A DNA stretch of 64,000 nucleotides from Escherichia phage BP32, in the sequence record OR906198.1. One strand, given 5' to 3'. Below, in pieces: positions 60,149 through 64,000 of the stretch. Below the pieces are notes generated by a model. It saw only the letters and a list, made by a program, of their open reading frames with translations, was not told the DNA's origin and ran no database searches. A program made the translations under genes and the position numbers. The stretch's first letter is position 1; each line of letters starts with the position of its first letter.

Positions 60149-60633
60149 TTTTAAAAACTCGCTGGTATGATTTAGATGATGGGGATGATGGCATTTCAGT
60201 TGATAGAGTTGACTGGAATGGCTGTTCCGAAGATATGAAAAATTTGTTGATTAGGGAGTTTAGAATGGGATATCAACCAGTTAAGCCATCTACTGCAACA
60301 GATGATAAATTCGTGTGTATTTATAATGGTCGCGCTAAGTTAACGAACGCTGATTGGTTCACAGATAAGATTATGATTCTGTGGTATATTATTAGTCTTC
60401 CTGTGACATCATTCGTATTTTACTTTTTTATAAAAAATCCAATGGACAGAATAGGAGATTGGATTCTTTTAACCATACTTGTTAATATTTTTACAGCAGC
60501 AATATTATCTGGGATATGGTACACGTTCATTGAAATGCCATGGCGGCTACGCAGACAACAAAAGATTTTTGATGAAAAGAAATATACTCAAAATTTAAAT
60601 AACTTTATCACTGAATGCAGGAAATTAAAATGA
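60145..60633 (+). CDS. small membrane protein (162 aa)
   Basis: Hydrophobic helices; C-terminus NNFITECRKLK; ATGA overlap with the previous gene. Confidence 0.55.
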   Translation: MILKTRWYDLDDGDDGISVDRVDWNGCSEDMKNLLIREFRMGYQPVKPSTATDDKFVCIYNGRAKLTNADWFTDKIMILWYIISLPVTSFVFYFFIKNPMDRIGDWILLTILVNIFTAAILSGIWYTFIEMPWRLRRQQKIFDEKKYTQNLNNFITECRKLK

Positions 60634-61070
60634 AAACATTATCGGCTGGTATTATCTTTATGACAGAAGATAAAGATTTATTTATGGGTCGGGTTACTGG
60701 TTCTCGTAAGCCTGGAATGATGGCACATCGCTGGGATATCCCAAAGGGCCGCGTAGAAAATTCTGATTTAAACGCACTAGATGCAGCACGAAGAGAATGT
60801 TTAGAAGAGACTGGTTTTAGCAATTATAATCCAGACCTTCTAGAAGACCTAGGTGTATTTAAATATTCTAGTAATAAAGACTTACAGTTATTTTATTATA
60901 CGATTCCAGTAGAGCATGAGATGTTTAGAAATTGCCATTGCGAGTCTTATTTTGAAAATAAAGATGGCGTTATGATTCCAGAGATGGATGCTTTTGCTCT
61001 TATTCCTCGTACTCAGTGGCAATATGTGATGGGTCCTTCACTTTACCGAATAATGAACAGCCTCTTTTAA
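60615..61070 (+). CDS. nudE: Nudix hydrolase NudE
   Basis: 151 aa as in T4 NudE; Nudix box GRVENSDLNALDAARRECLEETG; alternative start at 60630. Confidence 0.8.
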   Translation: MQEIKMKTLSAGIIFMTEDKDLFMGRVTGSRKPGMMAHRWDIPKGRVENSDLNALDAARRECLEETGFSNYNPDLLEDLGVFKYSSNKDLQLFYYTIPVEHEMFRNCHCESYFENKDGVMIPEMDAFALIPRTQWQYVMGPSLYRIMNSLF

Positions 61071-61601
<531 letters not shown>

Positions 61602-61605
61602 AGTG

Positions 61606-61635
61606 GTTTACTTTCTCCTAGAATTGTGATAGTAT
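61606..61635 (+). promoter_or_regulatory. T4-type early promoter (GTTTAC-N18-TAGTAT with TG)
   Basis: Read directly upstream of denV. Confidence 0.5.
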
Positions 61636-61660
61636 ATTCACAGTTACTTGGAGGGATAAA

Positions 61661-62077
61661 ATGACTCGTATTAATTTGACTTTAGTATCTGAACTTGCTG
61701 ATCAACATTTAATCGCAGAATACCGTGAATTGCCACGCGTTTTTGGTATAGTTCGTAAACACGTGGCAAATGGTAAGCGGGTTAAAGATTTTAAAATATC
61801 TTCCGAGTTTATTTTAGGTTCTGGTCATGTTACGTTCTTTTACGACAAGTTAGAATTTTTGCGAAAGCGTCAATCAGACATTATAATGGAATGCTTAAAA
61901 CGTGGGTTTAGTATAAAAGATACTGAAGTTCCTGACATCAGCGATATTCCAGCAGAATGGAAAAATGATTATAATCCATGCAAATCAGCTATTAAATTGA
62001 GTCAACAACGACTCGATAAAAAAATTTTAATGAAGCCACACTGGTACAAGTATTACGGCAAAAATATTTACATTTAA
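61661..62077 (+). CDS. denV: endonuclease V (pyrimidine dimer DNA glycosylase)
   Basis: 138 aa; N-terminus [17 protein letters not shown]...[10 protein letters not shown] matches T4 endonuclease V as recalled. Confidence 0.93.
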   Translation: MTRINLTLVSELADQHLIAEYRELPRVFGIVRKHVANGKRVKDFKISSEFILGSGHVTFFYDKLEFLRKRQSDIIMECLKRGFSIKDTEVPDISDIPAEWKNDYNPCKSAIKLSQQRLDKKILMKPHWYKYYGKNIYI

Positions 62078-62086
62078 AGGAAACAT

Positions 62087-62560
62087 ATGAAAACATATCA
62101 AGAATTTATCACTGAAGCAGCTATTAATTCTCAAATTATTGCTGAATCTTTTACTGATCTTTTGAAATTTAAAAAAGGTCAAAAAATCACTGCTGTATTG
62201 GATGATGGTACAGAAGTTGAGATGGATGTACAGGGATATAATTATGCAGTAGATGGAAAACTGTATAATAAATCCCATGCTAAATTTGATTCATTTGACG
62301 ACTTTGTTAATACAGTTGAAGATGAAAAAACTCGTAGATCAATTTCAACTGGTGATGCTAAGGTTCTTATGGCACACGGTCATGAACGTATTCGCGCTAA
62401 ACAGAATAAAATGGGTGAAGATAATTTCGCATTAGTTGGTTATCAATCTGGTAAACAAACTTATGGCTATCAGCGTACTGCTACCATGTATAATAAAAAT
62501 GGTAAAATCGCTTTCGTGAATAGTAAAGGTTCTATTCAGTACGTCAAATCATTCAAATAA
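62087..62560 (+). CDS. internal protein (ipII/ipIII-type) with capsid targeting sequence
   Basis: N-terminus MKTYQEFITEA matches the T4 capsid targeting sequence consensus MKTYQEFIAE; 157 aa, basic. Confidence 0.65.
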   Translation: MKTYQEFITEAAINSQIIAESFTDLLKFKKGQKITAVLDDGTEVEMDVQGYNYAVDGKLYNKSHAKFDSFDDFVNTVEDEKTRRSISTGDAKVLMAHGHERIRAKQNKMGEDNFALVGYQSGKQTYGYQRTATMYNKNGKIAFVNSKGSIQYVKSFK

Positions 62561-62713
62561 GCAAATAAGAAATATGGGAACAAGCTGGACCTCATGATTC
62601 TATGAGGGATTCCCGCCAACCTGTAATAAGGTCGAGCCCAAGTGCGGTAATGGGTAAATACAGAAATGGACAATTCACGCGCCATGGAATGGCCCAAATT
62701 TAGAGAGAATAAA

Positions 62714-63256
62714 ATGAGAACATTTTTAACTGGTCCTTATCTATCCCTGATGAATGCTTTTACACACCATTCTGATGCTAGAGTAGAAGAAATTTGTAAT
62801 AGTGGATTTTATGTACCTGATTCGCCACATTTATTTAAAGAATACTGCACACTTCGACTAGATGGTGGACGTCAATCCGGTAAATCAACTGCAGTAACTA
62901 ATTTTGCCGCTAATTGGTTGTATGACGGTGGAACAGTTATTGTTCTTTCTAATACTTCAGCTTACGCTAAAATTTCTGCGGGCCACATTAAAAAAGAATT
63001 TTCACGCTATTCTAATGATGATATTCGATTCCGTTTATTTACTGATTCTGTCCGTAGTTTTGTTGGTAATAGAGGTAGCAAGTTCAGAGGTTTATCGCTT
63101 TCGCGGATTTTGTATATAATCGATGAGCCTGTTAAATCTCCTGATATGGATAAAATTTACGATATTCATATTGAAACTGTGCACCACTGTTGCAATAGTA
63201 AATGCTGCATTGGTGGTATTACTCGTCCACAGTTTTTCATAATCGGAATGCAATGA
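62714..63256 (+). CDS. small P-loop NTPase of unknown function
   Basis: Walker A GGRQSGKST and Walker B ILYIIDEP; start placed at the ATG with RBS AGAGAGAA (the track starts earlier at 62666). Confidence 0.5.
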   Translation: MRTFLTGPYLSLMNAFTHHSDARVEEICNSGFYVPDSPHLFKEYCTLRLDGGRQSGKSTAVTNFAANWLYDGGTVIVLSNTSAYAKISAGHIKKEFSRYSNDDIRFRLFTDSVRSFVGNRGSKFRGLSLSRILYIIDEPVKSPDMDKIYDIHIETVHHCCNSKCCIGGITRPQFFIIGMQ

Positions 63257-63582
63257 TGACAGACACGCAACTTTTCGAATATCTTTATTTTTCGCCAAAA
63301 ACTATTAAAAATAAATTGGTGAATCATTTTGAAATTTTGGCAAATAACAACGTCTTGAGCGAATTTTATCCTAAGCAATACAAATTACAAAAAGGCGTAT
63401 TCAAAGGATGCAGAGTTTTGTGCACTGCTCCTAATGCAAGATTAATGAATAAAATTCCATATTTTACCATGGAATTTATTGATGGACCTTTTAAAGGACT
63501 AATCACCCAAAGTTTAATGGCATATGATTCTGAGCCATTTTTAATTAAAGAGCAATCTTGGATAAATTTATTTTCTAATTGA
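63253..63582 (+). CDS. hypothetical protein (about 109 aa)
   Basis: ORF starting at the ATGATG overlapping the previous stop; the track gives an earlier start at 63202. Confidence 0.4.
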   Translation: MMTDTQLFEYLYFSPKTIKNKLVNHFEILANNNVLSEFYPKQYKLQKGVFKGCRVLCTAPNARLMNKIPYFTMEFIDGPFKGLITQSLMAYDSEPFLIKEQSWINLFSN

Positions 63583-63953
63583 GAGGTTATATGAAAGCAT
63601 ATCAAATTCTTGAAGGCACGCATAAAGGTACTATTTATTTTGAAGACGGTATTCAAGCACGAATTATTGTCTCTAAAACTTTTAAAGAGGACTCTTTTGT
63701 AGACCCAGAAATTTTCTATGGTTTGCATGCCCGTGAAATTGAAATTGAAACACAGCCTACAGTTAAAATTGAGGGTGGTCAACACCTGAACGTAAACGTT
63801 CTGCGTCGTGAAACTCTGGAAGATGCAGTTAAGCATCCGGAAAAATATCCGCAGCTGACCATCCGTGTATCCGGTTATGCAGTTCGCTTTAACTCTCTGA
63901 CTCCGGAACAGCAGCGCGACGTTATCGCTCGTACCTTTACTGAGAGTCTATAA
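63579..63953 (+). CDS. autonomous glycyl radical cofactor (GrcA/YfiD-like; T4 Y06I-type)
   Basis: C-terminal 60 aa [56 protein letters not shown] carry the glycyl-radical motif RVSGYAVRF and match E. coli GrcA as recalled. Confidence 0.85.
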   Translation: MRGYMKAYQILEGTHKGTIYFEDGIQARIIVSKTFKEDSFVDPEIFYGLHAREIEIETQPTVKIEGGQHLNVNVLRRETLEDAVKHPEKYPQLTIRVSGYAVRFNSLTPEQQRDVIARTFTESL

Positions 63954-64000
63954 TGGCAAAGATAATTATTGAAGGTTCTAAAGATGTGCTAAATGCTTTC
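63953..64000 (+). CDS. start of a further ORF ([16 protein letters not shown]...), truncated by window end
   Basis: ATG overlapping the previous stop (TAATGG); only 16 codons visible. Confidence 0.3.
   Translation, partial: MAKIIIEGSKDVLNAF

Noticed and set aside
62561-62713. Possible regulatory RNA in the 150-nt gap before the P-loop gene (hairpin cctcat-gattct-atgagg)
   Set aside because: Only one short hairpin and no promoter or terminator context that I could support; more likely an untranslated leader

Overview
This window is a contiguous, densely coded segment of a T4-like (T-even) myovirus genome, not a bacterial locus. Several products match T4 proteins almost residue-for-residue as I recall them (DNA ligase gp30, lysozyme e, endonuclease V), and the gene order and protein lengths follow the T4 map. 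Reading left to right: 5'-truncated DNA ligase (30), two tandem Alt ADP-ribosyltransferase genes, the baseplate hub block (54, 48, 29, 28, 27, 51 on minus; 26, 25 on plus), uvsY, uvsW, inh, hoc, rnlB, then a long minus-strand late block (24, 23, 22, 21, 68, 67, 20, 19, 18, 17, 16, 15, 14, 13, wac, 12, 11, 10, 9, 8, 7, 6, 5.4, 5.1, 5, 53), then plus-strand 4, 2, 3, 1, 57A, 57B and an early accessory region. That region holds an internal-protein gene, an HNH endonuclease, a cluster of eight tRNAs interrupted by a GIY-YIG endonuclease, a structured non-coding stretch, a run of small membrane-protein paralogs, nudE, e, denV, a second internal protein, a P-loop protein and a GrcA-like glycyl-radical cofactor. 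T4-type late promoters (TATAAATA), early promoters (GTTTAC-N18-TAnTAT) and GNRA/UUCG hairpin terminators are readable throughout. I found no CRISPR array, integrase, IS element or recognisable bacterial defence system; the structural core looks canonical, and the observations worth a second look are all in accessory regions. All identifications rest on reading the sequence and recalled T4 biology; no database search was run.
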